From contig CAWGXL010000003.1 of assembly GCA_963826535.1 (NCBI GenBank), positions 1 to 51,359 on the forward strand: a stretch of 51,359 nt of DNA, read 5' to 3'. Within the stretch, counting starts at the first letter, position 1, and every line of letters begins with the position of its first letter. This document shows, one piece after another, positions 21,835 through 32,333 of the stretch. Source of the stretch: an uncultured bacterium (GTDB lineage Bacteria; Patescibacteriota; Microgenomatia; Levybacterales; UBA12049). The position numbers and the translations under genes are program-made. The notes beneath the pieces were generated by a model that saw only the letters and a list, made by a program, of their open reading frames with translations, was not told where the DNA came from and searched no databases.

Positions 21835-23322
21835 TTGCACTCTCCAACCCACTTAGCTATTATCATTATTGTTTCTGCATTTTTAATCACTTTAGGCAAT
21901 ATATCCACTCTCGATTATTTTGGAAAGGGCAATAGAATCTTAGATAATGGGTTACAGGCGATATACGCTTCAGACGGGAATGAACGAATTGATAATGACA
22001 TTGATAATGACACTCTAAAATCAGACTCGCTAGTTCAGGATAATGTTATTTTTTCAAAGAACTTTGAAGGGAAACCTGAGATATTTCAAAATGAAAGCAC
22101 TCCTTTAACAAATGAAAGTAAAAGTGTGAACAAAGTGAATGGATCTAATTTCAAAGTAGAGACTGTTCTTGGCGGCATAAAAACACCCTCCAATATGGCG
22201 TTTATAGGACCTGATGATATACTATTTTTAGAAAAAAATGATGGTACTGTAAATAGAATCGTAAACGGCGTAAAGTTAGAAAATCCGTTATTGGATCTAA
22301 ACGTAGTACACAGTGATGGGCTGTTAGGGATAGCAATCTCACAAAATAAGACAGGTCCTACAAACGTATTCTTGTATCTAACTGAATCACCAAAAAAATA
22401 TCATGCTGACATAAATGACGATGATGAGGTACGGAAGGTTGATAAAAAATTGGGCAAAAGCCGAGAGTGTAATTGTCTTTATAGGTACGAATTAGATGAA
22501 AACAAGTTAATAAATCCAAAACTACTTCTTAAGCTTCCAGCAGGTCCTGGAGGTCAGCACCATGGGGGGGAGATAATGATAGGGCCAGACAGTAATATTT
22601 ACGCAATGGTAGGCAATATCGAAGGATGGATGAAAAATTCTACTAGTACCAAGGCTCAAAATTTTGAAAATGGTACTGAACCCGACGGAAGGGCTGGAAT
22701 ACTCCGTATTACACAAGATGGTAAACCGATTGGAAATGGTATAATAGGAGATAATTATCCATCCAATCTGTATTACACTTATGGACTACGCAATGGGTTT
22801 GGAATGGACTTTGATCCTGTAACCGGTAAGCTTTGGGATACAGAAAACGGTCCTGATCATGGTGATGAAATCAATTTAGTTGAGCCTGGGTTCAACAGTG
22901 GTTCCGATGACGTATATGGAATGTCATTTTTGGATAATGCATTTGATTCGAATAAATTGGCTACGTTCAACGGAGCAGGAAAGTATAGTGATCCTGAATT
23001 TGTATGGAATGTATCTGTCGGTCCTACAGCTATAAAGTTTCTTAATTCGACAAATTATGGAAAAGAATTCGAAAATGATGGCTTTGTAGGTGACATAAAT
23101 AATGGGAATTTGTACCATTTTGATCTGAATAATGCGAGAGATGCGTTACTGCTTAACGGCACCCTTACCGATAAAGTAGCAAGTTCCAAAGAAGAACTTG
23201 ACGATGTCATATTTATGAATGGATTTGTCGGAATAACTGATATACAAGTAAGTCCAGATGGGTATTTGTACATACTTGGCAATAATTCTATTTATAAAAT
23301 ATTACCCAATAAAGTAAATTAA
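21835..23322 (+). CDS. Membrane-anchored PQQ-dependent sugar dehydrogenase (sGDH-like) beta-propeller, paralog 2
   Basis: TM anchor LAIIIIVSAFLITLG, then an Asn/Asp-rich linker with IFSKNFEG. Propeller blocks are NMAFIGPDDILFLEKNDGTVNRIVNG, GLLGIA, HHGGEIMIGPDSNIYAMVGN and GMDFDPVTGKLWDTENGPDHGDEINLVEPGFNSG. The start is uncertain: it is either TTG at 21835, or ATG at 21789 in the neighbouring frame, which would need another +1 break. Confidence 0.8.
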   Translation: MHSPTHLAIIIIVSAFLITLGNISTLDYFGKGNRILDNGLQAIYASDGNERIDNDIDNDTLKSDSLVQDNVIFSKNFEGKPEIFQNESTPLTNESKSVNKVNGSNFKVETVLGGIKTPSNMAFIGPDDILFLEKNDGTVNRIVNGVKLENPLLDLNVVHSDGLLGIAISQNKTGPTNVFLYLTESPKKYHADINDDDEVRKVDKKLGKSRECNCLYRYELDENKLINPKLLLKLPAGPGGQHHGGEIMIGPDSNIYAMVGNIEGWMKNSTSTKAQNFENGTEPDGRAGILRITQDGKPIGNGIIGDNYPSNLYYTYGLRNGFGMDFDPVTGKLWDTENGPDHGDEINLVEPGFNSGSDDVYGMSFLDNAFDSNKLATFNGAGKYSDPEFVWNVSVGPTAIKFLNSTNYGKEFENDGFVGDINNGNLYHFDLNNARDALLLNGTLTDKVASSKEELDDVIFMNGFVGITDIQVSPDGYLYILGNNSIYKILPNKVN

Positions 23323-23555
23323 ACTGAGACCATGGAATAAATGACAATATATGATCTGGCGAAGGTAGAAGACACATGAATTAAAATCAAACTAACAAAC
23401 AATTTTGATATCAAGTCAATTCACACAAATGTTCAGCAGTGCTAGATGCGTACATAATCTATGGTACATAAAATATGATTTTTTTAGCAAAAAGAATCGA
23501 ATGCTTTTAATATAATAATTCAATTGTTTATACTTCAGATAAAGGATAGAGCTCG

Positions 23556-24668
23556 ATGACAATTCAACCTCTCTTGGGTCCTAATGGTAATTTACCTATT
23601 TTAATTCGGGACGATGATACTAATTTTTTTACTAATCCCAAAATGCTTGACGCCATATACTCAGAAGCATGGAACGAGGGGTTCAAAGTAAGTCTATCGG
23701 TTATACCGCGCCAGAGGGGCATCGATGATCTTTGTGTCCCACCTAATGAACGGAACTCCGGATTAAATTATTCGATAACAGATAACGTTACTTTAATCAA
23801 ATACCTCAAAGAAAAGGTTCTTCAAGGGCAGGTTGAAATTCTACAGCACGGTTTTGAACACACTTTTGAGAATCAAAGAGGTGAATTCTTTAAGCCACTG
23901 GAACAAGCAAATTCAATTATTCAAGGAAGGAATGTAATTCAAGAGGCTTTCGGGGAGCAACCAAAATTCTTTGTTCCCCCGGGTGAAGATATTTCTTACG
24001 AAAACTTGAAATTGATTGAACAATTAGGGTTGACTCCAATCTGCAGAAACACATTTTTTGATAGATTTATGAGGTTTAGAATGGTTCCAAATTTGATAAA
24101 AAAAATATCATTTAAATTAATTATGGGAATTTATTCACACATTTTTCTGAAGAACACAATTCTATCTCTCATGAAACCCGTTGTAATATCTCCTGAGCCG
24201 GGTTTTATAAAATGGTCATTTCCAAACTCAAAATTCAGGAACCTGGGAACAAGCGAGCGCGTGTTAGAATTATCAAGAGATATAATTAAATATTCCTGTA
24301 TTAATCGGACTCCGCTGTGCATTCTAAATCACTACCACTCTTACTTTTATGATTGGAATTCTGATATAACAAAGACTGATCTTTTTAGAACGTGGATTGA
24401 AGTGATAAGATCATTTCGTGATGTTAAATTTGGTTGGAAAACAGATTTCATAAACCTATATGCTCGATTCCTTAAGGTTGACAAGGTAAAAATTATACAA
24501 ACCGGTTCTAAAATATCTATAAAATCTGAACAGGAAATCTCAGATTACTCGTTCCTATGCTCATCACCAATAGAGAAAAATGCGTTATCATATTATGATA
24601 ACGAAACAAAAATATGTACGATTAAAAGAATTGTTCCCGAATCAAAGATTACGATATATCTTGAATAG
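23556..24668 (+). CDS. NodB-fold / DUF2334-like polysaccharide deacetylase family protein
   Basis: ILIRDDDTNFFT, FKVSLSVIP, EILQHGFEHT...GEF and FFVPPGEDIS follow the DUF2334/deacetylase pattern as I recall it. Intact 370-aa ORF. Confidence 0.45.
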   Translation: MTIQPLLGPNGNLPILIRDDDTNFFTNPKMLDAIYSEAWNEGFKVSLSVIPRQRGIDDLCVPPNERNSGLNYSITDNVTLIKYLKEKVLQGQVEILQHGFEHTFENQRGEFFKPLEQANSIIQGRNVIQEAFGEQPKFFVPPGEDISYENLKLIEQLGLTPICRNTFFDRFMRFRMVPNLIKKISFKLIMGIYSHIFLKNTILSLMKPVVISPEPGFIKWSFPNSKFRNLGTSERVLELSRDIIKYSCINRTPLCILNHYHSYFYDWNSDITKTDLFRTWIEVIRSFRDVKFGWKTDFINLYARFLKVDKVKIIQTGSKISIKSEQEISDYSFLCSSPIEKNALSYYDNETKICTIKRIVPESKITIYLE

Positions 24669-24689
24669 TAACAACAGGAATAACATAGA

Positions 24690-25851
24690 TTATTCACTCA
24701 TTAAACTCTCATACAGTCTTTCCATATCATTCACCACGCGTTCTATGTTGTATTCATTTTCAACTTTCCGTCTCCCAGCATTCCCCATTTTTTCGCATTC
24801 AATTTTGTTAGACAAAATAAAGATTATTTTCTGGGCCCATTCTTGCGGGCTGTCAACAGGCAACACGTACCCGTCTACGTTATTGCAAACTAATTCGGAT
24901 ATAGGTCTCACATCTGCAACTAGAACTGGTTTTTTCATGGCAAATGCTTCCAAGATAACTAAACCGAATCCTTCTACGAAACTAGGAAGAACCAAAGCCG
25001 AACAATTGCTTAGCAGTTTTACCTTTTCAACATCTGATATGTAACCAAAAAATAAGATATTATCCTGTAACCCAAGATTGCTTACTTTTTTTTCCCATTT
25101 TTTTCTCATGGGGCCTTCCCCTATGATAATGAGTCTTTGAATCATGAAGATTTTTTACTACTTCTTTGAAAGCAGATATTATAACCTCGAGATTTTTATA
25201 AAATACCAATCTGCCTATAAATACTATATAATTATCATATGTTATTGAGTTTGAAGCATTATAGTCATTTAGATTAATTCCATTAGGAATAACTTTTATT
25301 CTGGATGTAGACCCAAATTTGATAAGATCCTCTTTAGTGGCATTACTTACGGTGTGGATAACATCTGAACCAAGTTTTACTGTAAGCTTTTCCAACACGG
25401 GAGCAATAATGGAAGTGATTTTTGAAATTTTCTTTTCCTGTTCCGTCCATTCTTTCCAATGATTCTGGGAGTTGGTGGTAAAGACGTCATGAATGGTAAC
25501 TACAAGCGGCAGTCTGAAAACCTTTGATAAAACAATTCCGATTATAGCAGATACTAAATTATTAGCATGTATCAGTTGCACCTTCTGAATTCTAACAAGT
25601 CTATATCCGTTTATCAGTCCGTTAGTAAAGTAGACGACATTTTGTGTCACCGTGGGCGGGGGTACATCCAGCAGTGGCTTTATCCTATGTTCGTGCACGT
25701 GTTCAAATTGCTTATTTGATGTTTTAGTACGAGCACACATCACTTGGACATCATGCCCGCGCATTGACATGCACTTAGCCAAATCTTGAAAGACCACTTC
25801 TCCGCCTCCACCTACAGATGAGAACCATTGTGATATATAGAGGATTTTCAT
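24690..25851 (-). pseudogene. GT4-family (Glycos_transf_1) glycosyltransferase, one net +1 frame break near 25060-25145
   Basis: Fragments are 25060..25851 (MKILYISQWFSSVGGGGEVVFQDLAKCMSMRGHDV) and 24690..25145 (LPSFVEGFGLVILEAFAMKKPVLVADV). Confidence 0.8.
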
Positions 25852-26024
25852 ATCTTGAATCTCTTTTGACTTAACATTGATTTTAAATTCGGTGCAGTAT
25901 TAAAAACTATGCTCACAATACTCAACTATTCATTCCGATTTACTTCCAGCAAGATGCATGTGCATGAAGTAAGCGATCTTCAATTCCGAAAATTGATTCA
26001 GAGCACAAACGGATTGACAACAGA

Positions 26025-27160
26025 TCAGTTCTTAGGTGTTCCAGCAGTAACTTCTTTTAGCATCTGCTCTATTTTATCTACAACTTTGTTCCAATCGTTC
26101 TCTAAAACGCTTTCTCTTGCATTAGAACAGTATTTTTTATATTCTTCAGGTCTATTATACCATAACTGTTTCAACATTAATAGTGGCTTCGCAAATTCCT
26201 CAACCTTCGATGAGTCCACCACAAATCCAGTGATGCCATTTTTTATCATTTCTCTGGGTCCAAGAATGTCACTACAAATGACTGGGGTACCTGACGCCAG
26301 AGATTCCCGCACTACGAGTGGACCTTCCTCGTATCTAGAAGGGAAAATAAATACATGAGAGCTCCTATAGGCCTTTGCCAGCCGTTCTGGATATGCGTAT
26401 CCAGTATATTCGACATTCTTAAATTTTTTACTCAATTGTTCAGGGATATGTGCTAATTCACCCGAACCAAAAATGAGAAATTTGATCTCTGAATCCGGTT
26501 CAGTGACCGTTCAAAAGTTCGATCAAGTCATGAAGCCTATCTATTCCCTTTTGATGAAGCATAACTCCAGCGAACATGACTGTAAAAACTTCGTTTTTAG
26601 TGCCAGGCCTTAAGACACTTGTATCAATTCCATAAGGAATTCGGTAAACATTGTTATAGCCACATCGTTTCAATATCGCTTCTCTTTCATGGTTCAGAAC
26701 GTGATTAGCATTGAAAAGCCTATTGATGTTTCGGTTAATTAATCTATGATAAAATCTTCTCCATATTGTTCCCGCCTCAGGAAAAGTACCCGTGATGGCC
26801 AGAAACCACTTTAATTTTGCAACTTCTCCTGAGCAGATAGATCAAAATTTCGTTTAGTGCAAATGCATTATTAAAATAAATGATATCAACTCCTTTGTCC
26901 TTAAGAATTTTCATAATGTATCTCAGCGATGAAATAGTAGGTATTTTCAAAGGTATAGTATAGTTTTCAAATTCATGTATTGTTATTCCACTTTTGACCA
27001 ATTTGGAGATAATTTCCATATTATTTTGTTTACCATATTTAGAGGTAAATATTATAATTTCATGTCCAAGTTTATGGAGCCTGGGGGCAACGTTCGCAAT
27101 CCACATTTCTCCTCCCGCTCCGTTTTTCAAATTTAATACAGAATATATCGCTATCTTCAC
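26025..27160 (-). pseudogene. GT4-family glycosyltransferase, two net +1 frame breaks (near 26775 and 26505)
   Basis: Fragments are 26777..27160 (MKIAIYSVLNLKNGAGGEMWIANVAPRLHKLGHEI) and 26025..26435 (FPSRYEEGPLVVRESLASGTPVICSD). My own translation of the third frame gives the middle part: NANHVLNHEREAILKRCGYNNVYRIPYGIDTSVLRPGTKNEVFTVMFAGVMLHQKGIDRL. Confidence 0.8.
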
Positions 27161-27331
27161 GTGTAGACTGCTTGGAGTACTATGCGCTAATATATAAAAG
27201 CATACTGTATAACCATTAGGCTAAATTTTTCCCAATGCGTAAGCATTACTAGGAGAAAAGTGTTCTAATGACGAAAATGAAGCGTGACAGAATTTGTTGA
27301 AATAATATTAAAGTAAATGTAAAAATAACAC

Positions 27332-28855
27332 ATGACTATGACCAACGCTTGGAATATGCTAGCACTTATGAGATTTATTTTCATCACAATTTTCTTTACC
27401 TTTTTTGTAAGCATTGTTGATGCCTACTCATATTCCTATTTTGACCAGGTTAACGAAGAAATCCCGTTACTAACTGATACTGTCATGAAAAGGATTGGTG
27501 AGAATATTGATAAGTTCGTGGAAGAAATTAAGACTGAACTTGCAACGGTACCTTTTTCAAATCAGAATAACACCACCATATTTTCAGAGAATTTTGAAGG
27601 CCAGGTTAAGATAATTGAAAATAGAATTGTTCCTGCTATTAAAGATCCTCAATTAAAAATAGAGACCGTCACAACATCACTTGATTTTCCTACCAGCATG
27701 GCTTTCTTGGCGCCAGATGATATTCTGGTCTTGGAAAAGAACAAAGGAACAATACGGAGAATTATGAATGGAACTCTGTTACCTCATCATATTCTTGATG
27801 TCAATGTAAGTGCATTGGGTGATAGAGGAATGCTTGGGATTGCAGTACCACAGAAGTTAGATTCAAACAATAATATTTTTGTTTATTTTACAGAAAATTT
27901 ATCGCAAAATAATACTAGTTCTGTGGAAAAGATTAGTAATAAAAAAGATACAAACTCAACAAGAGAACATGTTAGCAACCGCTTATATAGATACAAATTA
28001 ATGAATGACAGACTAGTGAGCCCGAAGCTGCTGATTGATATCCCAGCAGAGATTTACGGGCAGGAAAACTTCGGAATACACAACGGAGGAAAGATCAGAA
28101 TTGGTCCTGATAATAACGTGTATTTGATCGTTGGAGATATTGGAGGTTTTGCAACTGAAACGCAAAACGTTCCTAACATAATTCCACTAAATGCGACAAG
28201 CGTTATATTGCGGGTTTCCCAAGATGGAACATCTATCGGCGAGATTCTTGATAGTAAAGTTCCTATCAGTAAATTTTATGCCTACGGTATACGCAATAGT
28301 TTTGGAATGGACTTTGATCCTGTAACCGGTAAGCTTTGGGATACAGAAAACGGTCCCGATCATGGTGATGAAATCAATTTGGTTGAACCTGGCTTCAACA
28401 GTGGTTGGTCTAAAATAATGGGTCTAACTCCGGTTGAGACTGATCTAGATCTAGTACGGTATGGAGGAAAGGGCAAATATAGCAACCCAGAGTTTATGTG
28501 GGAAGTTCCCGTGGCTCCTACTGCTCTTAAGTTCTTTGACTCTAGCAAATTTGGAGAAGTATATAGGAATGATATGTTTGTGGGTGACTTCAATAACGGG
28601 ACCCTCTATCATTTTGACCTAGACGATAATAGAACTAATCTTGATCTTGAAGGTCAACTAGAAGACCGAATAGCAAATTCTAGTGCTGAGCTCGGCGATG
28701 TCACATTCGGAACAGGATTTGGGAGTATAACTGATATTGAAGTGGGACCAGATGGTTATCTGTACGTAGTATCATTACGTAGCGAAAAAGGCACTCCCTA
28801 CCCCTTTAATGAAAATGCGATTGGAAGTATTTTCAGGATACGTCCTTCCGAATAA
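27332..28855 (+). CDS. Membrane-anchored PQQ-dependent sugar dehydrogenase (sGDH-like) beta-propeller, paralog 3
   Basis: TM anchor FIFITIFFTFFVSIV and a linker with IFSENFEG. Propeller blocks are SMAFLAPDDILVLEKNKGTIRRIMNG, GMLGIA, IHNGGKIRIGPDNNVYLIVGD and GMDFDPVTGKLWDTENGPDHGDEINLVEPGFNSG. Intact 507-aa ORF. Confidence 0.85.
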   Translation: MTMTNAWNMLALMRFIFITIFFTFFVSIVDAYSYSYFDQVNEEIPLLTDTVMKRIGENIDKFVEEIKTELATVPFSNQNNTTIFSENFEGQVKIIENRIVPAIKDPQLKIETVTTSLDFPTSMAFLAPDDILVLEKNKGTIRRIMNGTLLPHHILDVNVSALGDRGMLGIAVPQKLDSNNNIFVYFTENLSQNNTSSVEKISNKKDTNSTREHVSNRLYRYKLMNDRLVSPKLLIDIPAEIYGQENFGIHNGGKIRIGPDNNVYLIVGDIGGFATETQNVPNIIPLNATSVILRVSQDGTSIGEILDSKVPISKFYAYGIRNSFGMDFDPVTGKLWDTENGPDHGDEINLVEPGFNSGWSKIMGLTPVETDLDLVRYGGKGKYSNPEFMWEVPVAPTALKFFDSSKFGEVYRNDMFVGDFNNGTLYHFDLDDNRTNLDLEGQLEDRIANSSAELGDVTFGTGFGSITDIEVGPDGYLYVVSLRSEKGTPYPFNENAIGSIFRIRPSE

Positions 28856-28890
28856 TTAGTCGGTCAGGATAGATGAATTTTTTCTCTCAT

Positions 28891-31041
28891 CTAGACGCAA
28901 TTATTTTCTCCTTTCAAACTTACATGATATATCTCATTTCCATTATCTACAGTGAAACCGGGATATTTACCACCACCAATAACGTATATTTTATTGCTTA
29001 TTGATTCAGCTGCCAATCCATGCTTACCGCTAGGCATAGACTCCGCACGCGTCCAGGAATTCACCAGGGGCTCGTATTTCTCATTTTCAGAATAAGTATA
29101 ATCGGTCCCAGAAGGGTAGTTCTTCGTCTCGCCTCCAAGGACATATATGCTACCATTGACTGTGGCAGCAGCGGCACCGCTTCTGCTAGTAGGTATCGAT
29201 TTCAAATTAGACCATTTATTTTGAGCAGGATCGTACATTTCATTTGTATTGCTGTTATTAAAATTGTGATCAGCATATGAAAGCCCATATCTGCCGCCAA
29301 TTATGTATAATTTTTCATCCACCACCGCAGAAACATGATGATGCCTCGCAGTTGGCATCGGTGCTTTTTCTGCCCATGAATCTGAAGTCGGGTCGTACGC
29401 CTCGTTTGTGGTAACTTGACCATAAGGATGATATGCTCCTGTTATGTGCGATGGATCTTCATCGCCCCCAACTACATACATTATGCCGTTAACAAATTCC
29501 GCAGTTAAAGCTCCTCTTGCAGTTGGCATTTCTTTCCGTTCTTCCCATTTCCCCATAACAGGATCATAAACAAACAGTCTATTACTTGGTTTGCTCTCTG
29601 CATCAAAACCTCCTACTACGTATAATTTATTATTATACGTGGCAGCTGCAAGGTGATCAAGCTTGACTGGAAGATATGTTGTGTTACTCCATTCGTTTTT
29701 GGTTGAATCGTATACCTCCACTATATTTGTAGTCTTATCCGAGTAACCTCCAATAATGAATATTTTATTACCAATTGTGGAAGAAGCCATTTCTATTCTC
29801 TCAGTTGGCATACTTTTCCCGGTCGACCAGCATGAACTGATATTGGAAGATGATCTTGTCGTAAGGTCTTGCTGAGTTTTACCAGTAGACTCTTCCATTG
29901 GTGACGGTTTGTAACCCACTATTCGATAATTGAATCTGTCAACTACTAAGAGATTGCCAGATAAATCCACAGTCGCATGTTCAGGTCCATACAGCTTACC
30001 GTCACATGGGAGAGGACCAGACATTTTTGTTTTGTCTGATCTTACCCCCTCTTCTATAGCACAGGGTCCGGATCCCACACTAGTTATGAAATTGCCATCA
30101 TTGTCAAACTTTACCACTCGAGAATTCTCTTCTCCATCTACTTGCCATACGTTATCTGACGAGTCGATAAACAGATGTTCCAAATGAGCAGAAAACTGAC
30201 CCGGACCATCGCCTGCTTCTCCCCATTGATTTATAAAATCGCCGTCACTGTCAAACTTTTGGATTCGAGGTTGTACCTCATTTACAAACACGTTGCCGCT
30301 TGAATCTAAATCAATGCCATGAGGGTGGATAAATTCACCGGGTGCAGTCCCATTCTTACCCCATTCTTTAATCAGTTCAAAACTATTTGAAATCTTTACC
30401 ACCCGATTGTTACCCGTATCAGCAATATACATAACACCTGACACGGGATCGACAGTGAGTGCCTCCGGAGCATTGAAGGTATTATTAGATATACCAACTG
30501 TGTCATGCATGCGGAGAAATGTGCCGTTGGTATCGAAAATTTGTATTCTATTGTTGAATTTATCTACCACGTATACATTATCAAAGGAATCAATCCGAAT
30601 CTCATACGGATGGTTAAACTCCCCTGGTCCGATGCCACTGTTGCCCCATTTCTTAATAAAAGTGCCATTATTGTTAAATTTTTGAATATCATTGCGATCC
30701 CTGTCACTCACATAGACGTTGCCAACTGAGTCGACAACGATACCATGTGGGCTAAGAAATTGACCGTCTCCTCGACCAAAAGATCCCCATTTTAGAAAAT
30801 ATGAATAATTTTTGATTTCTTGTCCCTGTGCCAGTATATTATTTTCCTCATTCATAACACCGAGCAAGGTAACTATGGCAAGACTCAAAAAACAACACAA
30901 GAATAATAATAATTCACTTCCCAAGCCACTTTTGGAATGCATTTTACTCTTAATAAGCGAGTTATATAAAAGATTTTTTAAGGGATGACTCTTAAAACAA
31001 CTAATTGTTTGAAGGGGCCATATTATTGAGTAATTCGCCAT
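28891..31041 (-). CDS. Membrane-anchored double beta-propeller protein: six NHL repeats followed by six Kelch repeats
   Basis: TM LLLFLCCFLSLAIVTLLG; an alternative ATG at 30942 would begin MHSKSG. NHL units include GQFLSPHGIVVDSVGNVYVSDRDRNDIQKF and GEFNHPYEIRIDSFDNVYVVDKFNNRIQIF. A Ser/Thr linker follows. Kelch units include IGNKIFIIGGY...VEVYDSTKNEW, YNNKLYVVGGF...FVYDPVMGKWEE and VDEKLYIIGGR. Intact 716-aa ORF. Confidence 0.8.
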   Translation of the reverse strand: MANYSIIWPLQTISCFKSHPLKNLLYNSLIKSKMHSKSGLGSELLLFLCCFLSLAIVTLLGVMNEENNILAQGQEIKNYSYFLKWGSFGRGDGQFLSPHGIVVDSVGNVYVSDRDRNDIQKFNNNGTFIKKWGNSGIGPGEFNHPYEIRIDSFDNVYVVDKFNNRIQIFDTNGTFLRMHDTVGISNNTFNAPEALTVDPVSGVMYIADTGNNRVVKISNSFELIKEWGKNGTAPGEFIHPHGIDLDSSGNVFVNEVQPRIQKFDSDGDFINQWGEAGDGPGQFSAHLEHLFIDSSDNVWQVDGEENSRVVKFDNDGNFITSVGSGPCAIEEGVRSDKTKMSGPLPCDGKLYGPEHATVDLSGNLLVVDRFNYRIVGYKPSPMEESTGKTQQDLTTRSSSNISSCWSTGKSMPTERIEMASSTIGNKIFIIGGYSDKTTNIVEVYDSTKNEWSNTTYLPVKLDHLAAATYNNKLYVVGGFDAESKPSNRLFVYDPVMGKWEERKEMPTARGALTAEFVNGIMYVVGGDEDPSHITGAYHPYGQVTTNEAYDPTSDSWAEKAPMPTARHHHVSAVVDEKLYIIGGRYGLSYADHNFNNSNTNEMYDPAQNKWSNLKSIPTSRSGAAAATVNGSIYVLGGETKNYPSGTDYTYSENEKYEPLVNSWTRAESMPSGKHGLAAESISNKIYVIGGGKYPGFTVDNGNEIYHVSLKGENNCV

Positions 31042-31123
31042 CAGAACGGATCGTGAGGTTTATGATGACAATTGATTCTGCCCCTTCGTTCTCCAATTTC
31101 CGATTGGTGACTTTGATAATGGA

Positions 31124-32189
31124 ATGTCATATAACATGACCAGAGAATTTCAATTAGAAAATCTGAAACACATTAAATTTGATAAAGCAGAGTTATACAG
31201 AATTTATCAAAATTGGCCTCTACATTTCACTGAAGCTCAAAGTGTTACACCCAAAACGGATAATGAATCCAGTTACTATAATTCTATTCTTATCTGTGGT
31301 ATGGGTGGATCTGGAACCGTTTGCGATGTACTGGGCGCCCTGTTAGAAAGATTCGGTACAGTACCATCAATGTCTGTAACTGGAAAAATTCTGCCGACTT
31401 ATATTAATAAGCACACATTGGTTATAATTAACAGTGTTTCTGGTGATACAGCAGAAGCATTATCATCAATGGAACAAGCCGTAAAGAAAAACGCGGAAGT
31501 TATCTGTGTTTCCTCAGGAGGTAAATTAAAAGAGAGTCTGTTTAAAATTTGGTACCAAACACATTACCATTCCGAAGCTATCTCATTCCCGAGCATCATT
31601 TCCTTACCTGCTGATACCTGGCCTAAAGATAATAAACAGTTTTTTGAGCGGGTCTTTGTCGGAGGAAATTTCAGATTTATCTGATAACCTAAAAAACACA
31701 TTCAATAAAGTATCTTCTGATATTCAATATGAATCAAATACAGCAAAGCAACTGGCAAGTTTTATGGATAATAGTCTTGTCTTTTGCCTCGCTTCACCGT
31801 CACTAATATCAGCAGGTACTAGGTTTAAGAACTCTTTGAATGAAAATTCGAAAGTTCACTGCATAAGTGATTCGATTTTGGAAGCATCACATAACGAAAT
31901 TGTGCCATTTACATATGAGAACAAAACTATGCAAAGAAAGGTATCACTACTTTCTTGGAAATACGACACTGAGATGATAAAAAAGAGATTTAGCAAGGTG
32001 AAAACTTTGTTACAAGGATTAGGACATCCAGTTTTTGAAATTAAATCACCTTACAAGAGTTTGATTAATTCCTTGATTTGTTCGATTTATCTTTTGGATA
32101 TTTCAACAATATACCTGTCTGCGTTGAGAAATATTGATCCTTCGCCAACGCCCGCGATAGATATACTCAAGGGACAACAGCGCTCCTAA
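31124..32189 (+). pseudogene. Archaeal-type bifunctional phosphoglucose/phosphomannose isomerase (SIS domain), one net +1 frame break near 31640-31685
   Basis: Fragments are 31124..31684 (ILICGMGGSGTVCDVLGALL, VIINSVSGDTAEALSSMEQAVKKNAEVICVSSGGKL) and 31644..32189 (second SIS-like half). Confidence 0.7.
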
Positions 32190-32333
32190 AGATATATTTT
32201 CCACTAGAATTCTCTAGCTGATGAAAGCAAAAATATTTTTACGTTAGTGAAAGATCGCCTATATTACCTGAAATGAATAAATTTTGGCAATTAAAGATTT
32301 TTTGCCATAAAATTTTCTGATCTATATATATAA

